Source: Felis catus (taxonomy: Eukaryota). Taken from it: DNA of 64,000 nucleotides. A program made the translations under genes and the position numbers. Positions 61,786 to 64,000 of this stretch are shown here, in pieces; position 1 is the stretch's first letter, and the number at the start of each line of letters is the position of its first letter. The stretch is from assembly GCF_018350175.1 (NCBI RefSeq), contig NC_058369.1, forward strand, positions 1,426,001 to 1,490,000. The letters run 5' to 3'. The notes under the pieces were generated by a model, which saw nothing but the letters and a program-made list of their open reading frames with translations, was not told the DNA's origin and ran no database searches.

Positions 61786-62065
61786 TCCCGGCTCCTTTTA
61801 AATCAGGCATGGTGGGGGGGGGGCGCATCCCACAGCCCTGACATGTCCCCAGCTTCAAATGGGGAACTGAGACCCGGAGTGACACCGAGTGGCATTTGAG
61901 AACTGCCCCTGGCCACCTCGCCCAGGTCAGAGTCTGCTGACCACTCTGACTCGGCCTACCTCTTTCCAGAAAGAGCGCAGGCTCTCGGGAGCTGAGTTTC
62001 CAGCTCAGACGGGCTCTGGGCCCGAGTTTCCCCACTCTGCATTGCGGATAAAGCTGCCTGCTCTC

Positions 62066-62180
62066 GGAGGCGCCTGGCTGGCTCCGTCGGAAGGGCCTGT
62101 GGCTCTTGATTTCGGGGTCGTGGGTTCGAGCCCCACCTTGAACATAACATACTTAAATAAATAAGTCTTAAAAAAAAAAA
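62066..62180 (+). mobile_element. Old short Can-SINE
   Basis: ggaggcgcctggctggctccgtcgg...gggttcgagccccac...aaataaataagtcttaaaaaaa. Confidence 0.8.
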
Positions 62181-62435
62181 GCTGCCTGCTTTCTCTCAGA
62201 GGCCTCAGAAGCAGGGAAACTGATGGGACCCCTTAGAAGAGAGACAACCCCCACCCCCACCCCCGGCCTGGAGGAAGCTGCCAGCTGTGAGGGCACAGCA
62301 GGAGTGCCCCACCTCCCCTTAGCTGGGGGCTCTGGGCAGATGCCCTCCATCCTCTGGCCCTCCCTGTGCCTCTCTGTAAAGTGAGGTCATGACAGGACCC
62401 GGCTCCCAGGGTGTCACCTGCATGGCAGGAGCTGG

Positions 62436-62557
62436 GGAACAGCACGCGGGAACAGCTCGGGCACTCCCGAAGTGCTACTGTAATGTCGTCTCAGCACGTG
62501 GAACAGCATGCGGAACAGCATGGGCGCTCCCGAAGTGCTACTGTAACGTCATCTCAG
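62436..62557 (+). repeat. Two-copy ~63-bp tandem duplication
   Basis: ggaacagca..ggaacagc..gggc.ctcccgaagtgctactgtaa.gtc.tctcag occurs twice. Confidence 0.85.
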
Positions 62558-62714
62558 TAGGCCGCTGTCCCTCCACAAACACCTGTGGCTCAAGGCCAGC
62601 TCTGGGGCCAGCTCCGGGGCTGGAACGAGACAGTTCCCCCTGGGGACTCCAGAAGCCACTGCTTCCTGCCCTCACTCCTCCCATGAGAATTCAAAACAAA
62701 AAAACTGAGTCTGT

Positions 62715-64000
62715 TATTAAATCAGCTTCATTTTATTAGATTCCAACCAAATACAGCAGGAGGGGGCTGCGGGGCTAGGGGGCTGGGGGGTGCTGGGGGG
62801 CTGGGGGTCTTGGTTCCTGTTAGGATGGGGGGCTGGGGGGGTCTCGGTTCATGTTGGGATGGGGGTTGGGCAGAGGGGGTGGGAGATCCCACTTTGCTGA
62901 CTTTCGCTCAAGTCCTAATGCTGCTGTGAGAACACACCCCTCCCATCTTTGATGATGGTAAAGGCACTTGGATGTCATTTTGAGGGGCCTTTGGGGCTGT
63001 TATGGCAACCAAGGTTAGGAGGATGTGAAGGGGGAAAACTAGTCAGTTCTGCCCAACTCGGGTGGGGTTTGGGGTCGCAGGACACCCCCTTTGGCCGTCA
63101 CTGTGTCCGCCACGAGTGAGGTTGAGGCGGGGTCAGCGGCCCGTCACCCGGCCCCGCTGGCCCGTTTGCGGCCGTGGGAGAAGGACCGGGGCGTCCCGAC
63201 GCTTCCAGCCACACAGCCCAGGGAGAACGGCCCGTACCCCCTTCCGAGTTCCGTGTGAATCCTTTGCCCAAAACCCCCAGCGTTCACCCAGCTTTGTCTC
63301 TGGCTCCTCTCGGAAAGATCTTGAAGGATCCAGGATCCCAGTCAACCGCGAAGCCCATCCATGGGCCTGGCCTCTGTATATGTGGTGGGGGATCTGACCT
63401 CAGACCCATTTTACAGATGAGGACGCTGTAGTCCAGGTGGTTCTCAGTCACCAGATGAAATTACCCACGTGGGCAGGAAGAGGGCTGGTTTCGAGCCTTC
63501 CTATAAGGTCCTTAAGAATACTGTCCCGACCTCCTGGCGGGCGGCCAAGCTCCTGACTAGTCGAGGGGTCCCACAACATTTCCCGCGCCCCTTCCTCCGA
63601 TGATGCCCTGTCATCTGGCCCGGGTGGAGGGTGGGGGCAATAATCAGCCTGGGAGAGGCAGGGTCATGGATGGAGCCAGTGTGGTGTCTGAATATTTCTG
63701 CAAAACCTCAGTTCCTGTTGCTTACCCCCAGTGACGGGGAACTCGCTATCTGAAGAGTAAAGGGGCAGTGACCTTGGGCAAGCTCTTCCTCAGCCTGAGC
63801 TGTAGTCTGCCCTCGGCTCCCTTGATCTTTAGCGCGAGTTCTGCCCCAAAGAGGCAGACACCGAGGGACCTCTGCTCCCAACAGCCGGGTCCAGACCCTC
63901 CCTGCAGCCTGCACCCTGTCCTGGCCTCGTTCTCCATGGCTGCCCCTGTAGCGCACCTAACGGGGACCCCAAGGACCTCCCGCACTCTCTGGCCTCGCTC
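62715..64000 (-). other. Probable 3' UTR end of the next minus-strand gene (LINGO3 expected by synteny)
   Basis: AATAAA on - at 62732-62737 with T-rich downstream sequence on that strand. No coding sequence is in the window; identity is inferred only from recalled gene order. Confidence 0.35.

Overview
Very GC-rich mammalian genomic DNA from a carnivoran, most likely a felid (several young, TSD-flanked SINEC_Fc-type Can-SINEs). It is syntenic with human 19p13.3. Gene order: 3' part of DOT1L (+, 5'-partial), PLEKHJ1 (-), SF3A2 (+), AMH (+), JSRP1 (-), a TE-rich gap, OAZ1 (+, with the classic +1 programmed frameshift and pseudoknot), PEAK3/C19orf35 (-), and probably the 3' end of LINGO3 (-). 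All exon structures were reconstructed by hand from GT-AG boundaries and recalled orthologous proteins. Most entries in the ORF track are GC-content artefacts. I found no clearly new protein-coding system. The least-explained signal is two pairs of ancient L1 3'-UTR relics, 31-34 kb apart, that are ~85-87% identical and share the same AT-to-GC changes, suggesting GC-biased concerted evolution of dead repeats. Also notable: a multi-way DOT1L 3'-terminal splicing region with an orphan perfect donor, four homopolymer indels in DOT1L that are probably assembly errors, a repeated ETS+NRF1 module in the PLEKHJ1/SF3A2 bidirectional promoter, a Z-DNA-prone tract at the AMH poly(A) site, and a 3-codon insertion next to the OAZ1 frameshift stimulator. 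Human protein lengths and repeat family names are from memory and need database confirmation.
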